In this document: positions 23,101-34,474 of the stretch, one piece after another
How the letters are laid out: each line of letters opens with the position of its first letter
Numbering within the stretch: position 1 is the first letter of the stretch
Source: Takakia lepidozioides
Taxonomy: Eukaryota > Plantae > Bryophyta
Reading direction: 5' to 3'
Assembly: GCA_030704615.1 (NCBI GenBank)
Contig: CM060731.1
Span: forward strand, 47,430,001-47,494,000
Length of the DNA stretch: 64,000 nt
Notes under the pieces: generated by a model
What the model saw: only the letters and a program-made list of their open reading frames with translations
The model's database searches: none
What the model was told of the DNA's origin: nothing
Made by a program: the position numbers and the translations under genes

Positions 23101-26100
23101 TCTTGTGAGGTTTCTTTCTTTTCCTTGCAATACACTTATTGTTGTGATGAGCTTCAGAAGTCAAGACACTCAATTGTCTTGGTTCAAGAGTGAGTGTGCT
23201 GTGATATTCACAAGTAGAGTATTGTCAGGAATGACATATTCTCTTAGTTTGCATAGAGTTCGAATGTTCTTGTTTGTAGACTTGAAGGTGCCATCACACC
23301 GGTCAAAACACTTACAGAACCTACAAAGAAGGTTGAATGCGTTAATTGGCATACTGGGCTTCCATGCAGGCGTCCAATGATGGGGCATTGGTGCACTATT
23401 TGAATTGTGGCATGCCTTGCAAGAGTCTGTTGTTGGGTTCGTGCCTGCACCATTGCCGACCTTTGGACACCTGGATGGAGCCCAGGTGTGCATGCTCTGG
23501 CACATGGCCAAATGCTCTTTTGATGCTTCATGCCTCACCTGTTTTGACGTATTATAGACACATTTATTTGACAGAACTCAATCTGTCACATTAGTAAGCT
23601 TTCAAACTTATTCCAGTGCTAAGAGCTGGTTTAGGAAGTGAAGCTGTTTGTTGGATTCATTTGCTGCAGCTACTGCAACCAGTATGTGGACAAAGACGCT
23701 CTCATATACTTGATTCTGGCTAATGAGATGCTGCATCAACTCTCTCCCAATATGATCACTATTGCAGAAGATGTATGTGGGTGACACTTCTGCACAATTC
23801 CAAATGTTTATCCATGTTTGATGAAATTTGAAACTAAATCATGTTGACGTCTATTGTTTAGTGCATTTTTGTTCAAGACAACACAGGAAGGATAGAGCCA
23901 TGGGCTTCCCTGATGTGTATCACTTATGTATTAAGGTTGGGTGGACTTGTGATTGAAGGCAACTCTATATCCAGGTCTGTGTGAGCCCATCAATAAAGGA
24001 GGTTTGGGATTTGATTATTTCGTGAACTTGGCACCATCAGAACTGTGGCCATCTCTTATTGACAATGTGCCATACCAGGATTGGAGCATGACTGAGGCAA
24101 GACGTCTCCTCAATATCTGGAACTCTGCTTTTTGTCCTTAGCAGTCATGTCAGAGTGCATGTAGAGGTAGAAAAGCATGAAGACAACCTCAAGAAGGATT
24201 GAAGATTTATAGTGCTGGGAGTGTTTTTGAAACTTTCAAGCATGTGGGTCTTGCTACTTTTATCTGCTGTTTAGTGTCCAACGAGTGAAGTGGATGAAGG
24301 ACTTGATGTCCTCAGATTGTGGAGACTTTGAGCACTCAAGATGTACGCAAGGCATTGGTCTACACAGAGAACCACAATCAGGTGATCCACCCTTCCAATA
24401 TACACACACTTTCGATTCCATCTTATTGACTGGATGATGTTATGCTGATGGTACTGTGGCAAGGTACAAAAACTTTTTTAATTGCAGATCCTTCTGTTTT
24501 CATAGCATGTTAATTTACTTTGGAATATTACTTGGGTGAGCCAGCAGTACTGTGTGCATGAGTTGAAAAAGAAGAGCGAGAGGGATGGAGGCTTTTGCAA
24601 AAGATGGTGTCAGATTTGGGGCTTGTTTCTATGGTGCAGTCTATTGTTGGAGGGAGGTCTCTTGCAGAGGCTCTGTTGGGTGCTTCCAAGGGTGATGGAC
24701 CATCACAATCAATTGAAATAGAAGCAGTTGTACAAGCCGTTTCTCTACACAAGGCAGGCTTTCTCTATTCTCCCTGGTCAGCGGTTATCATTTGTAATAT
24801 GTGGTTGGCTATTGTCCACATGCCCCTGGTTTCTATTTGTGTTGAAGTCTTTGCTCAGCTGGGACAGTGCTACATAATGTTCACCAGTTGTGCATATCAT
24901 TGATGTGTGAGTCAACCTTCACTGATCACTTGATCCTAGCCAGAATGGAAAGTCCTCACCGTCACAAGAAGTTGACATCCAGCTGCTTTTATGTTAGATT
25001 GTTACATCACCTATGTTCAACCCGTATGGGAAAGTTTATATAGTGGGGTTGTTGAGGAACTTACATAAGGTGCAGCGTTCCTGCTAATCATGTCTACACA
25101 TTGAAGTGGTGGGATGTGTGTGACCACATGCAGATGATTAGACAGATAACTCTAAGTCTTGGAGGGAGTGCCTATCTGAACTTCATGGGGAATGAGTTTG
25201 GGCATCCTGAGGTACACTCTATTTCTTTTGTCCACTAGTTCCTTTCAAAGGCGCCATAGTTGGTCTATTGGATTTTCTTGGGAATCTGACATCATGCTAT
25301 GGTCAACAGTGGGTGGAGTTTCCAAGGGCAAACAACCATTACTCCTTCTCCCATGCATTTCGGCGCTGGGACCTTCTGCAGGACAATGGCATTCATTCTC
25401 AACTTGCCGCTTTTGACAGAGTGAGCAGAATCTTTCCTTTTTCACTTTCCTGTTTTGGTTCCTGCTAGGCTGTTCTCCGTATGTTTGCCTGTCTGTCTTG
25501 TTCTTCTTTCTTGCAAGGATTTGTCCTTTGATATTTCTTTGAAGCTGGCTTCACGTATTAGATTCAAGGTCTTGATGGATGTGTGGGTAGGCACTCATGG
25601 AGCTAGAGGAGACACAAAAGTTATTAAGCTATGGGCCTGCAAGGATCTGCCATATGGATGATTCCAAAAAGGTGACTTCTCATCATTCTTGCCAACTCTC
25701 GTTTCACCCTCTTGCCCCATGATTCCTGGCTCCAACTTGGTAAGCTGATCCTTAGGCTAGAATCATACGTAGAAAAGTAGCAGATCATGGAAAAGTCAGT
25801 TGGGTAATAGAATGGCTAGAGATTATTTGCAGTTGATCAGTTGATCAGTTTATTTTCAGTCAATTTTCAAGTCAGTTTATTACAATAGTATTGATAGACG
25901 GTTATGATATACCGTCGGGTAATAGACGGTTTATAAGAGGGCTATTATAAGAGGGCTATTATTGTATAATAGTATAATAGTATTTATTATAATAGACTGA
26001 GGTTTATTCTAGTACCCGACTGAGCAGTTTATTTCAAACTGATCAACTGATTTCAGTTCAACTGATCAACTGATCTTCCTTTGGGCATGGTGCAGGTTAT

Positions 26101-27411
26101 AGTGTATACAAGAGGACGTTTACTGTTTGCATTCAACTTTCATATCAGCAACTCATATGAAAGCTACAAAGTGGGCGTGGAAGATGCTGGTGAATATCAG
26201 GTACTGTTGGTAACATTATACCTGTGTTCTTCTGTTAATTAGTCATTAGGCTGCTTATTGGGGCCTGGCATGCAACAGCTTCTGTGCAAGCTTCCCATGT
26301 AGTGGATGGCAACAAAACCTTCCCCAAGATGACATGGCCTATTGTAAGTTGCTGCACTGCTTATTGGGGCTTGCCATTGGTTTGCAACTGCTTCCAGCAA
26401 GCTTGCATGATAGGGTGATGGTCAATGTAGCCACCACCTATAAGATGTCACATTTAAGTCAAACTGAGAAGAGCTAGTATCAACTGAATGTCATGCTTGA
26501 AGCATTCTTCTCCCATGATTACTATACCTCCACTGGGTGCAATACGGCATGTTGGCTTCAAAAATATTTCCATTTGGTTGTTGCAGCTGTTATTGAACAC
26601 GGATCAACTGGAATTTGGTGGTCTTGGCCAACTCCAAAGTGCTGCTACCTCCCTGAAAACGACAGTTGACCGGTGAGTGTTGCACTTCTATTTTGCGTCA
26701 GGCTATGCAGTGCAAGAAATTATGACCAACCTTAAGCTTTCGGGCAGCCTTGTAATGGGCGTGTACCTATTAAGTTGGTCTTGTGTTGCTACGTTTCCTT
26801 GCAGAGGTTGGAATGTCTAGTGTTATCTGATGTGTTGTGCTGGGCAACTCTGATGTCTGCCACTGATACTTGTATTTCAATGCTGCGTGACATGTCCTCA
26901 ATCTGCAGAGGATTAGTTGGTACCTGATGACCCTAAGCGTATTAATTTTTATCCAGAGCTTCTATAGTCATGCTTCCAAGAATGCATGAAACCTGAAAGA
27001 CAGCATGGTGACACTGTTCATCGCACATAGAGTCATGGTAGATTGTTGCAGATTCATGAGTCTCTCTGTCCACTGAAGATATGTTTTGATGAAAATTTTA
27101 ATGTCACTGAAGTGCATTTGGGAAATATCGTGCAGGGCAGATAAGGTCACAAATACTTTGGCATTGTCTTTGCTGCATCAAAGTGCACAAGTAAGTTACA
27201 GTTCTTCTTCCTGACTGTATTTCTCTGCTTGGTAGTATTGATAGGATTTCGACAGTGGCTTTCTCTTCTGTTACTTTACCGATGGCTTACAATCATTTCA
27301 AAGAGACTGGCTCCTGTCTTAAGCTAGAGAGTAGGTACTGTCCTTAACGGGGCCCTTGGGTTTCTCTCACAGGTATACGTCTTAGCTCGAATGTGGGATA
27401 CTGGAGTGTGA
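17183..27411 (+). CDS. SBE3: Atypical 1,4-alpha-glucan branching enzyme, class III (Arabidopsis BE1/EMB2729-like), with plastid transit peptide
   Basis: 22 exons (approximate): 17183-17631, 18027-18098, 18367-18431, 18620-18777, 19037-19622, 20141-20313, 20593-20682, 21232-21307, 21608-~21718, 22743-22833, 22962-23063, 23670-23772, 23959-24096, 24316-24381, 24640-24753, 25134-25211, 25310-25420, 25591-25671, 26096-26200, 26587-26672, 27136-27190, 27373-27411. Motifs: [59 protein letters not shown]. Confidence 0.93.
25830..26072. mobile_element. MITE-like inverted-repeat element in SBE3 intron 18
   Basis: Ends CAGTTGATCAGTTGA...TCAACTGATCAACTG, AT-rich interior with a 14-bp tandem duplication. 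Confidence 0.65.
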
Positions 27412-29229
27412 GATCATACTGCAGTGTAAGAATCATACGAGACCTGTGGAGCCTGTTGAAGAACTTGTTTAGTTAGATGACATCATGATTAATTAACTTT
27501 GTTGAAAGCTAGTCAAGTACTCAGAAGCTTTGTTTGCTTACACATGCTGTAGGATAAACTTACATACGTTCTGGGTGTAGGGTTTAGGGGTTTTTCATTT
27601 AGATATCCACTCTGGTTCAAAAGAAGTCACTTAGCACTGCGTATCCACAATGTACTCAGCTTACCATGACTTCAAAATGGAAGAGCCATAGCTGCAGACA
27701 GCCACGGGTAGACTGACGAAAGATCTAGAAATTCAAAGTGGATTTTGGAAAGGAAGGTACAATTCTTGACTTGGTAATGACTCCTACAATGCACAACCGT
27801 ATGCAGCCAATCATATTCCAGATTTAAAACTGAAGAGGATGGTTTGGGAAGTGGCTGTACAATTTTAGCTAAAATGACCAAATGAAGGAAGACTCATCCG
27901 ATCTTTGTAACCTACTGTTTCCAACATAGGGATCATTCTCTAATAAGTCATGAGCGTAAATTTAGCAGGCACTCCATAAACCACCCCCCTGAGTTTGTGG
28001 GTTGCCTTATTTTGAACACCTAACAGAAACTTCATTTTACTGGCTAGCTTCCCCGCCAACTGCTGGGTCCACTACCGGAGAAACACACAGAGATCACTGA
28101 AGTAGTTCTTAGGTAACCTGGTTTTCTTTGAAAGGGGGAGGGGGTGTTGGTGTGATCTGAAGTGTTGGCATCATTGAATGGCTATGCTGCAACTTTCTTT
28201 CAGTACAGCAGTTCACCCAAAATTCAATCAATGTTCCCTCCCCATTTCCCGTGGTAAAGATCCAATAGCCTTTTTGCAGGAGTCATACCTGCACACATCA
28301 AACAAGCGTATCTATTCAGTCCCAGTTCTTTGCACAAGGGGAATGATTGTGCACCTGTCATGACAGTTGCTTGGATCTCATTCTAAAAGCCAGCCTCCTT
28401 GTACCCTCTTCTCAACAATCCCTGCTGTTTCCACACCCGTGACACTAACCTTGTCAAAGCTGTCCTCACCATCACAGTTGATGAACCCAATGTCGATAGG
28501 TTCATATTGCTAGTGAGCCTGGCACCACCTGTAGTAAGCCTCGCACTGGCCTGCTTGGTAAGAAGACTTGTTCCTCCCCTCTGCACAAGACAGACATTGA
28601 AGACAGTCCAACTGGCCTATGTAATGTGTACCCTGATGGTGATCATAAGTAGAGTTGAAAATTGTTGCTTGCACAGGAGGCCCAAGGTTATGCTTTTCCC
28701 CTGCAAGCAGATAATATGGACCTTTATTTGGTATAGCACAAGACTAGAATCTTGTGGCTAGAAATTTCGAACTCCTGTGAAATGGATGCAGTGGTGATCA
28801 TCTCTTAATGAGTCAAATTGATGAGCCTTTTTAGTTTCCACCCGAACTGATTCTTACTCTGAAATACTAATGCTATGATGAAACTGAACTAGGAAGGTGG
28901 CGCAAGGGCAACACGTTACCTTTTATTGTTAAGACTTTCCCATGCACACCCCCGTGTGTGCTTAGAACATCCATCTAGTTACAAGAACTGCTTTTTTTTT
29001 CATTTTGGCTTAGAAGCGTAGATGGCTACAAAATTTGAAGGCTAAGTGCAAAGATGGCGATGACATAGATGCTTAGCTAAAAATCAACTGGCTACAGGCT
29101 ATTTCATTTGCATGCAATATGGCGATTTGAGTGTTTTGTGTAAATAAAAATTGGGGCATAAAATAGTAGCTACAAGAGGCCACATATTGTTGCAATGTGG
29201 CTACAATGCCATAGTCGAAGTGCATTTGC

Positions 29230-29615
29230 TGGCACTAGAGCCTAATCTCAAGTAGCAAAGTGACACCATTGCCGAAGCAATGTAGGCATAACAGTCTACT
29301 TAAAATCTGAAATCTGAAATTTGTTGATCAAATCTTAAACTGGGCCAGCAAGCATCATGGCCTCAATATCAAATAACAAACTGACACCATAGTCCAATTT
29401 GAAGGAGCAAACTCGTACCAATGTAGGCATGGCAGCCCACTCACAATCTGAAATCTAAAATAATTAATCAAAGAAGTCTAAAGATGGCCAGCAAAAACCA
29501 TAGCCTCAATTTCAGGTAACAAGGTGGCGCACCATTGAGATGGTGAAGGAACAAATTGATACCAAGTGAGGCAGGACAGTCACAATCTGAAATCTGAAAC
29601 TAATTAATCAAATAT
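29230..29615. repeat. Three degenerate ~140-bp tandem units, probably part of a DNA transposon remnant extending to ~29970
   Basis: Recurring AATCTGAAATCT, TAATCAAA, GCCTCAAT and CACCAT blocks, followed by a GC-rich segment. Confidence 0.55.
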
Positions 29616-30890
29616 GGTACTCAAAAAAACTACATTATAAAGATCTTAGGCGAAATTTTGAAAGCAAGCTGCGAGGAGAGATGGCGATGGTGAAGCTCCG
29701 TAGGGCTGCGCGCAGTGGCGACGGCCTGCGCTGGCTGCGGCCAAAACCCTGGCGATCCAACGGTCCAGGTCGTGCTGCATGGCGAGATCTCTACCGTCGA
29801 TCGCACGATGGGGTGACAGCCGCTAGATGTAGGGCTATGGGAACGTGTATTTCTGGCGCAACTGGCAAGTTCCCCTGGAGCTTTCTGGCACCAGCCCGTG
29901 CGCGCCCCCTATTTTCTGGCGCATTTTTTGTTTTTTTCCCAGGATTTTACATAGGGCTGTCGCAGCCCTAAGTTTGTTTTTTATCGCTTTTAGGCTCCAT
30001 TTCGCCGGTGACAAGTGTTTCCTGTTAGTACAGCATATATTTGCATTACTCAATGTAGTCTTTCAATTTTTGAAATCTGATCATCTCTATAAGCTATGAA
30101 CAGTGTAAGATGATTTTAGAAGTTAGCTACACTTCAGGGTTAGTGATGACGACAAAAGAAGAAACTTCATAATGTCGACAGTCTGAGGAAGGCCCAGAGG
30201 CAGTAAAATTACAAAAACCAGAAAACCTGTAGATCAATCACCGAACGAATCAGACAAAGAGGGATAACAGATCGTAAAAGGCATATTCAGTTGCAGAAAG
30301 GCACACTGTGAATCTATGGTCGTTGATTTGTCACCTCTTACAAATTCATGAGTCTTTTGTATTAGTCATACAATTGGACTTGAGATGAACTGCCTTGCAC
30401 ACTTATCAATTTCACTTCTTTCTCAAGAGTTTCAACCTTTAACAGAAGTTTTGAACTGGCTTTGTTTGCTATCCCAATCTGCCGCGTATGATGATTTACA
30501 GCGTGGTCCTACTTCATGATTACCTTTCTCTCTTCTCGCACATCCTGAATGCAGGCCTGTAATCTTTCTAGCTCGCTCTTCATCGACACCAGGACTTGCT
30601 CTGATTCCTTCAATTGCTGGCTGTTCTTCACTTGTGTGTCACTTGGATGAGAATCTGTGCATGGCATCCGACCCGGTTAAGCACTTGGATGAGAATCTGT
30701 GCACTGTATCTTTTTCACACATTTGGCCCTCTCTTTATAGGGGCCTTAAGGCTGGCCAGACGGTTCACAGTTCAGAGGGGCTTTGACCTAATCGTGGGGG
30801 GACAGGAGAGGGGGAGAAAGAGAGCAGATTGGATTCGTAGCTTGTGTCTGAGGGGAAGAGGAGAGGAGAATCCGATAGAGGCTGCTTGCA

Positions 30891-32407
30891 ATGGGGGGCC
30901 ATGGTGGCCTCAACATTCTTCCCCAGAAAAGTTGGAATGTTTACAACTTTGACAACCGAGAGCGTGTAAGAAAGGATGAGGAGGAGGCTGCCCAGAAAGC
31001 GGCCATTGAACAGCAAAAGGCCCGGCAGCGGGACGCAGAGTATCGGCTGGAAAAAATGCGGGAAATCGCCCAAGCCAAGAGTCGATCCGCGGGCATCAGA
31101 GGTGTGGAGGAAACAGCCATCGAAGGGGACAGAGAGGAGAGGCTATTGGGTTCATCTAGCAGCGCCGAGCAGCCACAGCATGTAAATTTGTTTGTCGGTT
31201 GCGAGCTGGTTGAGAGTCGTGAGCAGGGCAGGGCATCGGGGAAAGATCGGCGTGGCGATGCAAGGGACGGAAGAGAGAAGGAGGGAAGGAGCAAAAAAGG
31301 GGAGACAAAGTCGGTGGTTGCGAACGACGAGCACTACAGGCTCGGATATGGTGCGTTAGGAAACAATGGAAAGAAACCCTGGTATTCATCAAAGCGGTTT
31401 ATGCTTGACCGAGACCCTGGCGAGGGAGGACTGCACACGCAGGATGCCAGACCGACCTCTGGTAGGTTCTACTCTCTTTGATTGCATGTGAAGTAGGGCA
31501 AAAACCATCACCAAGGCAGGGTTATGGTACAAAGCTTATAGGCTCACATGTACAGCAATCTTGAGAGAATTTTCACTAGAACCTGGTGTTCTGTTGGAAA
31601 CTGAGGGTGTTGATGCTAATTTACATTTAATTTTTATGTTAGTGGCTGATGAAGGGGAAAGGAAAGCCTGACAGCCTGTGGTCAAGTCTAAACCTGCAAC
31701 TAGCAACTGAATTCTTGGTGAATATTTGAGATTGACGGTAGGTGGGAATACTTTCATCAAGCAGGGGCATTACTAGTGAACGAACAGCAAAGAACATAAT
31801 TGAGTACTAAAGTTGGAGTTGATGTTTGTATTCTAGCAATGTCACCCCGTGAAACACGAGCCAAAAGTTTTCACAGTAGTGAATCAGACTTCTGCTGCTT
31901 TACACACCACGGTGGTGGCGCTGATCCACCCCAGCTCTTCCCCCGCACTAAAGAACAAAATCATGCTTTCCTTTTTTCCTTCTGCTGGAAAACTAAGAAA
32001 TGACCAGAGAGTTACTAAGGCTTACAAACAGTCGTTGGATGGACAAGTGCAATTTGATAAGCAGCAGCAAGGGACCTACTTGGAAACATGGCAATGGATG
32101 TCTGGTATTAAGAGATCACTATAGAATAGAAGAGTCAAATATGCCACTGGAGATAATTCAATACTAGAGTCACCTCTTTATCTTGGGACTTATGTTGGAG
32201 AATTTTGATTGGGCAGAGAAAAAGCCAGAGAAGCGCCGAAAGACTATGGAGGATTTGCGAGCGGAGAGGCTGAAACGCGAGCAACAAGAAAGGGACAAGG
32301 CCAGACGCCTGGTGGTAGCACAGAGAAGAGCTGCGGGTTATGGCCCTGACAGACCTGGCCGGCCCTATTACAATCAAAGCTTTGGAAATGCATGCAAAAT
32401 GGTATAA
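30891..32407 (+). CDS. Cir_N-domain (LENG1-like) basic nuclear protein
   Basis: N-terminus MGGHGGLNILPQKSWNVYNFDNRERVRKDEE. Exons 30891-31461 and 32217-32407. C-terminal KTMEDLRAERLKREQQER..YYNQSFG. Confidence 0.85.
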
Positions 32408-32909
32408 TTGGCAGCAGGCCCTTTGTTTGCCTTTTTATGACAAGTCAAGAAGCATTCTAAGGCCCCAGCTGCACCAACTGTTACAGGTCCTGTTACGATA
32501 CAGGTCTTGCTCAGTACTGCATGAACTTGTGCTGTTTCACATTAACGAGCATATTTGGTAGAATGTGAGATGCCATTTGGCAGTTAGCATGCATATAAGT
32601 GTAATATGGAGGTTCGTAATTAAGGTTGCTTGCTAAACACATCCTGATGGAGAATTGGACAATTGGACAATGAGAGCAGAAATTACTTGAAAAAAAACCA
32701 TCCAGGCTGTGTACAAGTCAGGGTGCTCCTGGTCAATCAGCAATTGACCCGAAATTCTCAGTTTATCTCTTAAAAAGTTTAATTCTCAGTTGTCATGGAA
32801 TTTTGTTTCTTGATCTGCATTCACACCACACCCTCTGTGGACATCTGTGCTGGAAGAGCGCCTCTGCCTCTTAACTAGTTCATACTTCCTGCTATGAGCA
32901 CCTTTCCAG

Positions 32910-33281
32910 TTTGATTCGCAGGATTTTGCTGGACTTAGTGGCTTACTGGAGTTTTGACAGAATAGCACCAGACAAGCAGAACCCTCATTCATTGTCAAGG
33001 TGATGTCTTTTCACATGTATGTAGTGCCCAGGATATACAGACCATACCAAATTTGACAAAATGAGAACAAAATTTGACAAAATGTCCAATTTAGGGTTCC
33101 AAACACAAATCTCTCATTTTGTCAAATTTGGTATGGTCTGTATATGCTAAAACCCAGGCACTACATACATGTGAAAAGACATCACCTTGACAATGAATGA
33201 GGGTTCTGCTTGTCTGGTGCTATTCTGTCAAAACTCCGGTAAGCCACTAAGTCCAGCAAAAGCAAAATCCTACGAAACAAA
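32910..33281. repeat. Long inverted repeat (arms ~155-170 bp, spacer ~45 bp)
   Basis: 32910-33066 is the near-perfect reverse complement of 33112-33281. The ORF track shows the same peptide start on both strands. Confidence 0.95.
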
Positions 33282-34474
33282 TCCATCCTCTGTACGCGGA
33301 ACACCAGTTTGTAAAGTTTCTATCGGTGAGTTTGTACGATCAACGTGTCTTTATCGTGGATGCTTTCTATGGTGTGCAAGCAGGTTCCTGTATGTTTTCT
33401 CCTGGCATTTTGGGCGTCAGGCTGCTTCGCTTCCACAGTCTGGGTTGGCTGGTTCTTCAAGGTCTGGCCTCAGCCTTCCCTATACGATTAGGCGAAATGG
33501 TATGTTGTGTACTGCACAAAATTCGGCCAAGGGTGCAGTTGTCGTCTGCAGTGAACGTCGGACCGGGGCTATATAAAAGCAGCTTATGCAACACCAATAT
33601 CCATGCCTCTGTGCGGTAATTCATTCCACATGGCTCAGCAAGGTAATTTCGAAGCAAGGGAATCCAGGGAAGTTTGTCCCCTTGGGCAACTTTGTCCAGC
33701 ACACAAAATTACTCTAGTGAGAACATATGCAAACCATGATAACTCACAAGAGAAAGTGAGGTCTCATGAATTGCCAGGAGCTTATGTGTCTAATGATAAT
33801 GAAGTGTATGACCCACCTACTGACCCATGCCAATGATGCTGTAGACTACCACAATCGGCGAGATTGCTATACCACAATCACATGATAAATGGTGGTTTTG
33901 GAGGGAAAGATAAAGTTTCTTTACCGTCCAATGAATTGGAGGGAAAAAGAGGAGACATTTTATGCAAACATTCAAAGAATATACCCAATGGACAGGTACT
34001 TGGCTTATGTTCCCTTATGCCTCTTCTCACTGGAAGAGCCAACCCAATGGTTGCACATTTGTGCCTTGCCTACAGTTACATAACTAAGGCGGTCTTGGGT
34101 CCAATCTTTCCAGAGTCCATTGTGTACTCAGATGGGTTGTGCAAAGAGCAGTAAGCTCTGTAAGGATGTTAAACAAACCGCAACAGGTTTCTGCTGAGAA
34201 ATACTTTTCAGATTTTTATCCTCACTTAGTCCTAGGGCAGGTACATTTATATATAGACCTCCGTTTCCTTGTAACAAGGGAAGTTTTAACCAATGTTTCA
34301 GAGCAACCCCTGAAATGTTTTTCTGCAAAAGCCTTCCGGGATTGTGGAAGACTTGACCAGGCCAACAACTCAGAAGAATCTACAAGTTGCTGCACTATGA
34401 ATTGATGTACCCCTTTTATACCAAACCACCACAGGTGAAAAGTGGTTGGATTTAACCTTCCCAAGGGTGCTCAA

